NCBI GenBank assembly: GCA_963754945.1
Contig: CAVWIG010000038.1
Coordinates: forward strand, 1 to 56,656
Reading direction: 5' to 3'
DNA: 56,656 bases
From: Methanotrichaceae archaeon
Lineage (GTDB): Archaea > Halobacteriota > Methanosarcinia > Methanotrichales > Methanotrichaceae
Shown here: one piece after another, positions 1 to 10,487 of the stretch
How positions within the stretch are numbered: the stretch's first letter is position 1
How the letters are laid out: each line of letters starts with the position of its first letter
Notes under the pieces: model-generated
Told to the model about the DNA's origin: nothing
What the model saw: only the letters and a program-made list of their open reading frames with translations
Database searches by the model: none
Position numbers and translations under genes: made by a program

Positions 1-753
1 TCTTCGGGTTCAGGTGCATAAGGCCGAAGGAGAATTTTTCATTTACACCATGAGGCTAGGAGATGTCACATCTGCGATGAGCAGTCTGTTCTGGGAGCTT
101 CAGGTTATCAGTCACGACCTAATAGCGGAGGCGGAGCTGTTGGGCTTTCATGTATGTCTAAATGTTAAGGACAGCAGGACATGGTAAGGTACATCAATCG
201 AAGGACCTTCTCAAGGCGTAATAAATTGTTGCACCGGCCCTCGTATTATGGGATTTGCTTTACTTGGATGGCGAGGACTTAACTCAGCTTTCGTACCCAG
301 AAAGATGAAAGCGGCTGGTTGAGATTCTGGGTGAGCCGCTAAAGGGCGCGACATTTACAGGAATCTCGATTGCTGGAGACAGGGGGTCCTGGAGCGGACT
401 AGGTATAGCGATTCCAAATTAACTTAGCAATGAATAACCTTTGAAGCGTGCTTTTTCATTGCACGTCTAATTTGGAAGCTATGCACTAGTGATGTGGTGG
501 AGTATAGCGCCAGAGAAGGCTCGAAGGGACTAATCGCTCGCGACCTGCTCGCGCCTTACAAGCCCGGAAGATTCAGCGATTCCGACCTCTACATCAGAGC
601 TCTTGATAAGAGAGACCCGTGAGAAAGACGAACGCCGATTTGTCGGTGAAGCTATATTATGCACGCTAGATGAAACTTGAGAGTGGGGATATATGCCGAG
701 CTGCTTTAAATCGGGTGTACTGGATTTGGAAGATCGTGCGAAACGTGGTTGAG

Positions 754-1636
754 ATGCTCTTAAGGAAGTTCGCAACCCATGGAATGGCTCTATGTGCACA
801 TGTCCGGGGAAGCTGAGCCTAAATCCTTACACTGGTTGTGCTCATGGTTGTCTGTACTGTTATGCCTCTTCTTACATACCCAAGGTTTTCCTCATATTGC
901 CGACCCAAGATCGGCCTTCTGGAACGTCTTAGGCGCGATGTACGAAGTGTCGAGCCTGGAGTACTGGTTTCGATCGCCAATAGCTCAGATCCGTACCCGC
1001 CGATGGAGATGGATCTGCATCTGACAAGAGGGTGCATCAAGATTCTAAGGGATAGCAGGCTACGACTGCAATTGGTGACCAAATCAGATATCGTCACCAG
1101 GGATATTGACCTCTTGAAGGGGTCATGCCCTGTGTTGTGAGCATCACACTTACCACTATAAGCGATGAATTGTCCAAGCGGCTGGAGCCTGGTGCTCCCC
1201 TGCCAGAATGGCGTTTGCAAGCTATACGAATGCTGCGAAGCAATGAGGTTCCTGGTGCACGGCCAGGCTGGACCCAATAATACCGGGGATTAATGATTCC
1301 GAGATAGAGGATCTAGTGCTTGCGGTTCGCAGAGCGGGGGCCCCCCACATAACATCATCCACTTATAAAGCCAGGCCTGATAGCTGGAAGCGGCTAAAAG
1401 AAGCCTTTCCCGAGGAGTCTGTTGCTTTGTACGCAATGTTTGAGAAAGGATGCCGGACGAGCCGGCTACCGCTAAGTTTTGAGCATTGTTCGGGTTGAGT
1501 CTATGCACAGAAGACAAAGGAGGCGGCTACAGAGAACGGAGCGACCTTCTCCACTTGCCGGGAAGGTTTTTCCAATGAAGATCCGGAATATTTTGCGCTG
1601 AAACTCTCATCTGGCGGAAAAGAAACGGTGATATAA
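754..1636 (+). pseudogene. Radical SAM protein (SPL/photolyase-like archaeal family), multiply frameshifted
   Basis: Stitched frames read MLLRKF..NPWNGSMCTCPGKLSLNPYTGCAHGCLYCYASSYIP (CxxxCxxC motif), then SNSSDPYPP-like, VTKSDIVTRDIDLL, RLDPIIPGIND and FSTCREGF segments in different frames. Confidence 0.8.
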
Positions 1637-1887
1637 AGGTCTTCGCAGCCGGGCCGAAGGTCTCCGTAAGTTTCATCTGTCTTCATTTTAATATCCCCAT
1701 TCTCCGGTTCGCCCAGGTTTCCGATGCTGAAAGAGGTGGTAGGCTGCGGGCGATTTTGTCCGCAGGGGAGGCTACGAAAGTCTATATATATGAAAAATAG
1801 AACTAGACAAATTACAAGTTCTTCTCGAAGGGAGGATGTTAGCCGCAGTCATACGTGTTACGTGCTAGAGGAAAAGGAGGATTCATC

Positions 1888-2797
1888 ATGAGAAAAGTTT
1901 TAGCTGTTATAACTGCCTTAGTGCTTGCAGCAATTGATTAAGTGCCTGCTCATTGGATACTCAATATCGCCCCAAAGGCAGAACAAACTACACTATAAAT
2001 TCGGGCAAGGGTCAACTACACCATCGGAAGTGGGACGCCCGCCCATGAGATGGTCTACAAAGAAGAGATGGCTGGAGCATTACCCGACTTACTCCATCAG
2101 TTCAACGCCAATGCCCTACTCATTCAAATTGGGAGCCACAACCCCGTACTCGATCAACTCTGGGAGCAACCCGAAAAAGGTAGAGACTCTGGGTGGATAC
2201 AAGTCGTCTGCACTCTGGAACCTCTGAAAGGGTGGGAACTGGGCTCAAACTTCCCACAGAGCCGGAGAACGCTACAGAGCAGTCCATTGGACATCCCGTT
2301 CCTGCAAAAAACCAGCTGCCTCGAATGTCATAGATTTGACCAAACCAGCAAACCTAGCAAAGCCAACTAACGCAACCACTCCAACTAACTCAACCACTCC
2401 AACTAACGCAACCACTCCAACTAACCAAACGAATGCGACCGCTCCAGCCCCCGCAGTGGTTAAGTTCTCCATTATGGGGAAAGTCGCTGACGAAAATAAG
2501 ACCGGCTTAGTAGACGTGAAGGTCAACCTAGAGCAGCCAGCGAAAACGGTGATCGCCAACACCACGACCTCCAAGGACGGCAGCTACTCCTTCCCAGGTC
2601 TGATGCCTGGGGATTATGTCGTTGCAGAAGTTCTTCCAGCCACCTGGACCGCTATGACTCCGGCAGACGGAATGGCCAGTGTCACACTCAAGGACAAGGA
2701 CATGACAGTTGACTTTGTCAACAAGATGATGCCAGCGCCCGCACCTGTTTCGGCTATGCCAGCAGGGAACCAGACCAATACAACAGCACCTAAGTGA
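1888..2797 (+). pseudogene. Secreted SdrD B-like/Cna-B domain protein; 5' half frameshifted, C-terminal ORF 2336-2797 intact
   Basis: GGAGG RBS, then ATG 1888 MRKVLAVITALVLAAI (signal peptide) resembling the start of ORF 17598; C-terminal TTTSKDGSYSFPGLMPGDYVVAEVLP is SdrD B-like. Confidence 0.7.
2363..2425 (+). repeat. 18-bp tandem repeat, about 3.5 copies (CCAACTAACGCAACCACT), encoding PTN(A/S)TT
   Basis: Units at 2363, 2381, 2399 and a partial unit at 2417. Confidence 0.9.
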
Positions 2798-2811
2798 TTT
2801 AATCTAAGCTG

Positions 2812-2837
2812 AGAACTTCTGGAGCTCCAGAAGTTCT
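2812..2837. terminator. Perfect 26-bp palindrome followed by a T-rich tract; candidate terminator
   Basis: AGAACTTCTGGAG|CTCCAGAAGTTCT just after the stop at 2797, then TCATCCTATTTTTT. Confidence 0.5.
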
Positions 2838-3174
2838 TCTTCATCCTATTTTTTAGTCCTTCTTGTTGGCCAGAGGGGCCAAAAGCTTGATAAGTTTGAC
2901 TTTGCCATGGGAACTACACTTGATCTGTTTCAAGGCGCGAGGCAAATCACCTTTGCGGGGAAGTGTCTTCTGCCTCTCCATTGCTTCTTATTTGTTTCAA
3001 GACTTTCCAATGGCGATGTGAATCTCAGAGAGCTGCCCAGAAATCCATTCGATCCACAGATCCACTAAGCTTATTACTGAAGCATTCATACACGGAAGTA
3101 AATGCTGCTAATTTCGGGCTCGTCAAAGACAGGTTTATTGATTCAGCATCCATGAGCATGAAGGTTCATCGATC

Positions 3175-3840
3175 ATGAGAATTAGATTATTAATTTTAAC
3201 GTCCTTGATTCTGCTTTCTTTGCTTACCATACAAGCATTCTCCCAATCCCCCAGCCAACCGATAGCAGGATATGATGAGGTCTCCGGATCTTTCAGTACA
3301 GGCGGCGGCAGCCTGTCTGAACAAGCTCAAGCTTCAAGGGCAGCTCAAAATGGACAGCCAGTGAAGGATACCGATATCCCGACCTCTTCAATGGGCACAC
3401 ATTATTACGGAGCTTTGAATCCCCAGCAATCAAGCCCAGTTCAGAACCAGACCCTCGCAGTTAGGTCGGTAGTGGACGTTACTGCGCCCGCCGAGATCTC
3501 GTCCTCTGGAATTGCGAAGGTTTCGGGAAGTTGGTCTTTGAAGCTTGACGATAATACGTCCAGGAAGGCCGATCTGACCCTTTTCCAAAATGGAAATGCC
3601 GTCTATGGGACTGGGAATATGAATCAGGGTACATATACCACACTTCAGGCCGCCGCAAGTGGCACAGTTGCAGGCAACAAGCTAAACCTAAATCTAGTAT
3701 CACTAGGAAAAATAAGCCTGTACCGCTTTTCCCTGACAATAAGTAAAGATTCAGTAACTGGAAGCTATAGTGCTTTGACTCCCGGCGCGCCCCAAATTAC
3801 AGGTACTGCGAAGGGAGGGCGATTCTTACAACTTCCTTAA
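3175..3840 (+). CDS. Secreted hypothetical protein with a predicted all-beta C-terminal domain
   Basis: Signal peptide MRIRLLILTSLILLSLLTIQAFS; Ser/Thr/Gly-rich; C-terminal strands resemble those of ORF 35311-36036. Confidence 0.75.
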   Translation: MRIRLLILTSLILLSLLTIQAFSQSPSQPIAGYDEVSGSFSTGGGSLSEQAQASRAAQNGQPVKDTDIPTSSMGTHYYGALNPQQSSPVQNQTLAVRSVVDVTAPAEISSSGIAKVSGSWSLKLDDNTSRKADLTLFQNGNAVYGTGNMNQGTYTTLQAAASGTVAGNKLNLNLVSLGKISLYRFSLTISKDSVTGSYSALTPGAPQITGTAKGGRFLQLP

Positions 3841-4102
3841 GGGCAGATATCTCCGGGCCCTTTGGAGTCGAGTCGTGTTGTGCAATATCAGACATCAGTA
3901 TACAGTATCCGGAAAGCCATTCCTGGTTAGCGGTTTAAGATAAGGCTTGAACGGTTCTGAGTTCATATTTGGATGATTAGACGAAGGTAGTTTTGCTTGC
4001 GCCTTTGCTCTCCCGAGTACGAATTGCTAAGTGTTGAGATAATGATTACAAATAGAGTTATATAGATAATGGCCATACCTACGCTAAATTGAGGAATTAG
4101 AA

Positions 4103-4297
4103 ATGGTAAATGGAACAGTAAAGTTTTTCAACAGAGTTAAGAGCTTTGGATTCATAGCTGGCGACGATGGAAAAGATTATTTCGTGCACGTTTCGGGTTT
4201 AAATCCCGGTGTCACTATCGATGAGGGGGACAAGGTCACTTTCGAGGTAGTAGAGGGCGAGAAAGGCCCTAAGGCAGAGAAAGTAGCAAAAGTATAG
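4103..4297 (+). CDS. cspA: Cold-shock protein
   Basis: GTVKFFNRVKSFGFI (RNP1) and DYFVHVS (RNP2); GAGG RBS; TTATATA upstream. Confidence 0.95.
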   Translation: MVNGTVKFFNRVKSFGFIAGDDGKDYFVHVSGLNPGVTIDEGDKVTFEVVEGEKGPKAEKVAKV

Positions 4298-4796
4298 ATT
4301 TGTGCTGCTATAAACTTGTAAGGCGAGCGGCTTGCACCTAAACTGCCCTTTATGGCAAATTTTTGGGTGCGGACACCAGACTTAGGTTCAAGAAGTCTGG
4401 ATTGATCCCATTTTTCGTGCATTTATGGATAATGTCGTGAGATTATAAGCCGCAATTTTGCCAACGTTCGCTCACCTGAGCAGTTGGATTCTTAGCTTTC
4501 AAGATCTCCGACTTGCGTTTTATGGTTGGATTTGTAGAATTTTATGTTGCTGCGCTTTTTGTGGTTCTCCATGACCTTATGTTATGCCAGCGCTTCACCT
4601 ATATATTGGTTTAATTATTGGTTAGGTGCGCTAGTGCAACTCAACGGCAGATGATCTACTCGAACAGCCCTGGAGCTGAAATGAGAGCTAAGGACGCGAG
4701 AGAAAACGAAATTAATGAGCGTTTTGGGAGCGCGTGATTGAAATTATTCGGAGTAGCGGGAGAACTTTCAGCCCTTAACAATCCAATGGGAGTATC

Positions 4797-5927
4797 ATGG
4801 GTTCATGTAATTCACAAAGGGCACTGATCTGCATCGTAGCTGGGCTTTTCATGCTTCTGTCGCTGTCTCATTTGACGCAGGGAAGCGAATGCGGAGATCT
4901 AGGTAAATATATAGGAGTGACCTGTTCCACTTCAACCTCAGGTGGATGGGACGCCCAATCCGAGCTGGACAATATGATGGGCACTGGTAATGCAAAACAA
5001 GCACCGCCCCAGTCCCAGTCAGCAATCGAATGGCCAAAGGTCTCCCGTCAATACAGATGGAATCAGTCGGTATCGGGTTTCAACGATTCCAGCTCAACCA
5101 AGGCTGCGGCTGTCGGTCCAGAAGAAACCAGCACAAGCGTAGCATTGCAAGCCAACCAATCAGCTGGCGAATCGTTCAGAAAGCCAGCAGACAGCATCGA
5201 GCCCAATAGGAGCCGCAACTTCTATGATATGGCAGCTCCGCTCTCGAACATCTCCAATTTCGATGTGGTCCTGGATGTCAGCGATGGAGTAACTAAATTC
5301 ATTCCAGGTGCTGTACACATCGATTACTTGGATTTCCAGGACAACGGTAGCCTCCTGCCAGCTCCCGATCTGGCGAGGATTCTTGGTGATGCGGGAATCT
5401 CCCGGAACAGCAGCGTTATGATATATGGAGAGTGCAGGCCCTGCGGCGGAGGACCAACAGTATCCACCTACGCTTACTGGGTAATGCGATATCTAGGGCA
5501 CGACCCGGCAAAGGTTCGAGTCCTGGATGGCGGAATAGAGAACTGGGTGAAAGCTAATCATTCAGTGATCAACGAATCCCAGACCAGACCAAAGGCCGAC
5601 TACGCCTTTCTGCAGAAGCCAGAACTTCTGGCCACCCAAGAAGAGACGAAGAAAGGCGGATTCCAATTAGTGGACGCGAGAAGCTTAGGAGAGTTTGGGG
5701 CTGAATCCATACCCGGTTCTTTCAATATTCCTTATGATAGCGTCATGATCAATGGTCGAATCAAGGATGAGGCTGCGCTGAAGATCCTGTTCTCAGGTAT
5801 TCGAACGGATAAGCCCGTGGTGGTATACACCACTTCCGGCATGAAGGCCTCTTTAGTCTGGTTCGCTCTTGAGATCATGGGCTATGATGCCAAGCTTTCC
5901 ACCTGGCAGGAAATGACTAAAGCCTGA
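4797..5927 (+). CDS. Tandem rhodanese-domain (sulfurtransferase-like) protein with signal peptide
   Basis: IPGAVHIDY, LGDAGISRNSSVMIYG, VRVLDGGIENW, LVDARS..IPGS, PVVVY motifs; hydrophobic N-terminus. Confidence 0.85.
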   Translation: MGSCNSQRALICIVAGLFMLLSLSHLTQGSECGDLGKYIGVTCSTSTSGGWDAQSELDNMMGTGNAKQAPPQSQSAIEWPKVSRQYRWNQSVSGFNDSSSTKAAAVGPEETSTSVALQANQSAGESFRKPADSIEPNRSRNFYDMAAPLSNISNFDVVLDVSDGVTKFIPGAVHIDYLDFQDNGSLLPAPDLARILGDAGISRNSSVMIYGECRPCGGGPTVSTYAYWVMRYLGHDPAKVRVLDGGIENWVKANHSVINESQTRPKADYAFLQKPELLATQEETKKGGFQLVDARSLGEFGAESIPGSFNIPYDSVMINGRIKDEAALKILFSGIRTDKPVVVYTTSGMKASLVWFALEIMGYDAKLSTWQEMTKA

Positions 5928-6192
5928 AGAATCAGTGAGCAGTGAGAAGGTTGGCGGAGTATAAGGTGAATTGAGATCCCTAAGAGATCTCTTCCCATAA
6001 AAAAGGCGAAAGGTCTCTCTAGAGATAAGAGGACTAATCCTAGTTACAGGTAATACGACCGGGTTATGTGGACACTTACAGAACATTGCGGCTCGACGAG
6101 CGAGGGAGCGATGAGTTCATATCCTTCCTATTTACCTGATGAAGTTAATATTTTTGGTGTCGATTTTTTTGAGCGGCACAGGCAATATTATC

Positions 6193-6366
6193 ATGAGAAA
6201 CGACTTCGATATGGCCACATCACGACGCAAAGAGCTTTTGGAGCTTATTGCGGCGGCGGCCGATGAAATTGCATCGATAGACTGCTGTTTACCGATTCTG
6301 TATAGTCAAGCCCTAGAGAACGATCTTCTCCAGAGCGAAGAAAAAGCGCTAGCTCAAACCCACTAG
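6193..6366 (+). CDS. Small hypothetical protein
   Basis: Short ORF MRNDFDMATSRRKELLELIAAAADEIAS with plausible helical composition; no motif recognised. Confidence 0.3.
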   Translation: MRNDFDMATSRRKELLELIAAAADEIASIDCCLPILYSQALENDLLQSEEKALAQTH

Positions 6367-6589
6367 CCTCCACATTTTAAAGCTGATGTTCATAGATAGC
6401 AGCTATGCTTATCGATCATGGGAAGCCCATAACGTATAGGCCAAGGCTAAGCGCGGGTGGTAGTTCTGGAAACGAATCGCCTTGTCAGAGCTCTCATGAT
6501 AAAGCCCTGTGGGATCTGGCTGAGGCCAAAAGAAGGATAAAGTGGTGAAATAGGACGAATGCATGATAGATGAAGCGTGAGGAGCAGCG

Positions 6590-6793
6590 ATGAAGAAACC
6601 ACCATATAACCACCGCGATCGAATTCTCTGGATCTTGGCCCAGAAAGGAGGCACTATAACTCGAACTGAGCTTCGCCGTTCGATTGAAATTAAACTAGAA
6701 AATATGGAGCGCATCTTGGGTGAGTTGGAGAAGGAAGGCAGGATTAAGAGGACCGTTGGCAAGCAGGGCGAATCGATATCGCTGAATGAATAA
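6590..6793 (+). CDS. Small winged-helix DNA-binding protein
   Basis: RILWILAQKGGTITRTELRR..ILGELEKEGRIKR is a wHTH pattern; GAGGAG RBS. Confidence 0.65.
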   Translation: MKKPPYNHRDRILWILAQKGGTITRTELRRSIEIKLENMERILGELEKEGRIKRTVGKQGESISLNE

Positions 6794-7278
6794 TATGAGG
6801 GAACGGCAAAAGTCAATGATGAAGCAATAAGAAGGACGCATGACTTTTGCCTAGATCTGTATTCGACATTCAACGTATAAGTAAACGTGGTATTCGGCAA
6901 CTTATTTTCATAAAGTTTAGAAAATTAATTCTAAAATGACCTTGGCCATGATCTCCTACTTGATGGATCATAGGCGGGGGGGGTCTGGCCAGAGAACGAT
7001 TGCAGTCTGTGGGATAGCACGGCCAGAACAAGGAGCCATCGCGAAGTGGTCCCGTCCTACTATCGACATTAGAGGATCTAAGGCATCAATTACATTTACA
7101 AAGCAATTATGCTAATTGTATCAAGGTAAATCAAGAAAATTCGCGCGAGGCTACGATTATTCTCAGCCGCCTTTTAAGTGCTAATGATAAATTATATCTT
7201 ATTTTTATAGGAATAGGACAGTGTTCAAATACTATACAGCCAAATAGATACTAAAGTTTTCGTCTAAGAGGTGGAAAT

Positions 7279-7935
7279 ACGACACAAGACATACTCGAAA
7301 AGGGAGCCATTATTCAGAGAGATAAGGAAACCTTCGCCATAGCACCTCATATCCCCGGCGGCATAATCGATCCAGCAGGATTGAGAAAGATCGCGGATGT
7401 GGCGGAGAAGTACCATGCCAAGGTCTTGAAGATCACATCTGCCCAGAGGATCGCTATCGTTGGCATCCCTCCGGAGGACATCGACAACGTCTGGAAGGAC
7501 CTTGGGATGAAGCCTGGCGCTGCCATCGGTCTATGCGTTAGGAGCGTGAAGATCTGCCCGGGAACTACCTTCTGCAAAAGGTGACAGCAGGACTCGGTTG
7601 GCGTTGGTCTCAAGCTGGACGAGAAATATCACGGCATGGCGCTTCCCTGGAAGTTTAAAATCGGAGTATCAGGCTGCGGCAACTCGTGCGCCGAGCCGGC
7701 GGTTAAGGACTTGGGTCTGATCGGTACTTCCAAGGGCTGGAGGATTCTGGTAGGCGGATGCAGCGGTTTCAAGCCCAGGATAGGGCAGGTTCTGGCAGAG
7801 AACCTCTCAGACGATGAGGCCATGAACCTGGCAGAGAAAGTCATCAACTACTACAAGGCTCATGCCAAGAAGCAGCGCTTGGGAGAGTACATTGACGAAA
7901 TAGGATTTGACAAGTTCAAAGCCGAAGTCGTCTAA
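7279..7935 (+). pseudogene. Nitrite/sulfite reductase-domain protein (ferredoxin half-domain plus 4Fe-4S/siroheme domain) with in-frame TGA and ACG at the expected start
   Basis: One frame: TQDILEKGAIIQRDKETFAIAPHIPGG..KITSAQRI..VRSVKICPGTTFCKR*QQDS..LPWKFKIGVSGCGNSCAE; TGA at 7582-7584; GAGGTG RBS before ACG 7279. Confidence 0.8.
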
Positions 7936-8048
7936 TTTATTTTATTTTGAATTGGTCAATGCAATCTTTGTGTTTTGCTCGGTTATCTAAGGAGGATCAT
8001 AGCTTGATAGCGCCTCCTAATTCTTTTTTCAAAAGGGACCTCGATAGA

Positions 8049-8513
8049 TCACTTGCTTTTGAGCAAATCCGTTATTTCGTTCAGGTCAGGAAGCTGCTTA
8101 AGGTCATACACCTTGAAAAAGGCTATACTGCCCCTCTGATCCACCAGTATGTTCGCCCTCTCCGAGAACCCTTCCTTCTCTCTCAGGATTCCGTAAAGCT
8201 GTGCCACACCACCGTGAGGCCAGAAGTCAGATAGTAGCGATGTACTCACAATTCCAAGGCTCTCCGCCCAGGCCTTCTTGCAAGGCACTGAGTCAACGCT
8301 GACGCCAACGGCCAGTATGTTCAACGAGTCAAATGTCCTCTTGTTGTCCTCTAAGGCTCTCATCTGCTTGGCGCAGACAGACGTCCACGCCAGAGGGTGG
8401 AAGGAGAGTAGAACCCATTTCCCCAAGTGATCCGAAAGCTTGAACGTCTTCCTGTTCTGGTCTTGTATTGTGAGATCTATTGATCTGTCGCCGACTTTTA
8501 GCTTGTCTACCAT
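8049..8513 (-). CDS. Peroxiredoxin, AhpC/TSA family
   Basis: FHPLAWTSVC (PxxxTxxC), GVSVDS, LLSDFWPHG, ERANILVD. Confidence 0.9.
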   Translation of the reverse strand: MVDKLKVGDRSIDLTIQDQNRKTFKLSDHLGKWVLLSFHPLAWTSVCAKQMRALEDNKRTFDSLNILAVGVSVDSVPCKKAWAESLGIVSTSLLSDFWPHGGVAQLYGILREKEGFSERANILVDQRGSIAFFKVYDLKQLPDLNEITDLLKSK

Positions 8514-9263
8514 CGCCCTAACCTCATAATAAGTGTTCGCTTAAAATATAAAGAGGTTCCCGAAATAACCATCCCTAAGCAGGGTGGCAAAAGACGCCTC
8601 GCTGCTATAAAAGGATGATTCAGACAGATTGTATAATAAGGACAACCTCAGATCCTATGGTTCCTATCTTTTGGCATTCGGCAGGTTTCCTATTTCCTTT
8701 ACCATCTATGGCACGGTACAATCCTGTCGGTCTCAAGTCTCTCTTCACCTGGCAGCATGGTCAGGCTATGGGTGACTGAGATGTGACCTTAGGACGTCAC
8801 CTAACTACGTTTGTCGATCTCCTTTGGTCGTGCTGGAACGTCTCAGGTTCCTTAACCTGTTGTCATTGAAATAATGAGCCGTAGAATGTCTTCCATTCTT
8901 TAAAGGATTGTACGGAGTATGTGGCTAATGGCAAAAAAAGGCGAAGACGCACTGGTGCCACTGCCCCATGTTTATTTCATCCTCCAATCCTTCCTCAAGC
9001 CGGAGCTTCAGAGACTGAAGGGTCTCTGACGAAGGAAAACTCTGTCACACTACACAGTGATGAAATCGGTCGAGTCAAGCCGATCCCATCAGCCGGATAT
9101 GTATCGATGTGAGGACGCCGTTCACAAATTCTTACTACGCGGAGCTATGTCAATAATCTGCGACCATCATCCAGCCACCAATATACTGTCAGAACTCTAG
9201 GTTCGCCTCTGTTGCTGGACCACTACGAGCACTTATTTCGAGGCTTGATCGGGAGTCATAACG

Positions 9264-9617
9264 CTAAATCGATCTGATGAACAGACCGCCCGCTGTCGGT
9301 GATATGGACACTCGGTCTGATTGCAGCAATACGGAAAGGCTTGGTGGCAGGAGGATCTTCCCTATGCCGTTCTCGTTGATATTATATCTCAGCATCCATA
9401 GGTCGTTATGGACAACCGCGTCCTCCAAAGAACTACTATCCTCGTCCGAGGATTTAGTAATTAAGTCCAATTTTTCAGCTAGTTTTCTCCTTTTATTTGC
9501 TCCAGAATTCGCTATTTCAATCTCTGCAAGGTGCACATTTGGGTCCAGTATTTCAGTTTTTGAAGCTGAATTCTTAATTGATTTCTTCTTGCCGCTAACC
9601 TTAGTATTTGACTTCAT
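9264..9617 (-). CDS. Hypothetical protein with basic N-terminus and a possible AbrB-like swapped-hairpin C-terminus
   Basis: GGAG RBS; TTATATAA about 105 bp upstream; C-terminal INENGIGKILLPPSL..DRVSISPTAGGLFIRSI resembles AbrB/SpoVT (by eye). Confidence 0.6.
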   Translation of the reverse strand: MKSNTKVSGKKKSIKNSASKTEILDPNVHLAEIEIANSGANKRRKLAEKLDLITKSSDEDSSSLEDAVVHNDLWMLRYNINENGIGKILLPPSLSVLLQSDRVSISPTAGGLFIRSI

Positions 9618-10487
9618 TTTTCAATCTCCAATAGTCATGGCACAGATTAGATTTCAGAAGATGGACAAATAGGGGAGGGGGGCCTCTTGTCCATCTTCCT
9701 ATGACATTAACCACAGCGTTTTATATAAGGGTTTTATGACACAAAATCGCGAATTATAGCACAAAACGCGAACAATAGGGCGTAGCCACTCAGAGATACC
9801 ACAAAAATGCAGATTGAAATGATTTTTTAAATACCATAAAAATCCTTAAACGGCGTTTTTCCAATCATCGATTTATCTAGCAACTTTTTGATAATCCAAT
9901 TAGACTAATCTTGCTATTAATCTTCAATATAGACATAATAAGCCTTAATCGAAAATGTAATGATATAGTCTTATAGATTATTATCTCATTGAAAGTTAAG
10001 AACATTAAAAAGATTTCGATTGCCCCTCCATAAGTACGAAAGCAAGACAAAAATCTAATCGTATACACACCTCGATTTATCCATGTGAATTTGAGAACAA
10101 CGGATTAAATCGGTTCTTCGCTAATTCATGTGGGTAACCTCAGGATATCGATCGGCAATCTCCTGATGAAACATCTCGTCGTGAGTCCGAACTTTAGGGG
10201 CGATTGATCTTATCATGAACAAATGGTATCCTGTTAATTTGGCGATAACTATGACCAGACTGCAGGACTCAAGCTCACCCACACAAGACAGCGAGGAGCC
10301 ATTAAATCTTTCATCATTTGTCTCATTGGGATGATAACATCTCTTCTTTTCATATTATGTTCATTTGCTTCTAAACAGCTTTTGATGCCCATCTTAGAAC
10401 CAATAGCTTAAGATATAGAATTGATATGGTTAACGTGGAAGAAATCCTTGAATTAAGACATCAAAGAAGTCCGATGATACATCGACT

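Noticed and set aside
1-750. Possible gene remnant at the window start
   Set aside because: No sustained open frame or recognisable motif; cannot be supported
4295-4297. Genome-wide TAG (pyrrolysine) recoding
   Set aside because: TAG ends full-length conserved genes such as cspA, the ferredoxin and sod at their expected C-termini
7582-7584. Selenocysteine codon
   Set aside because: The position appears to be Gly, not Cys, in homologues (from memory); all four expected Cys ligands are present; no convincing SECIS seen downstream; the start codon is also altered. Kept only as a low-probability alternative.
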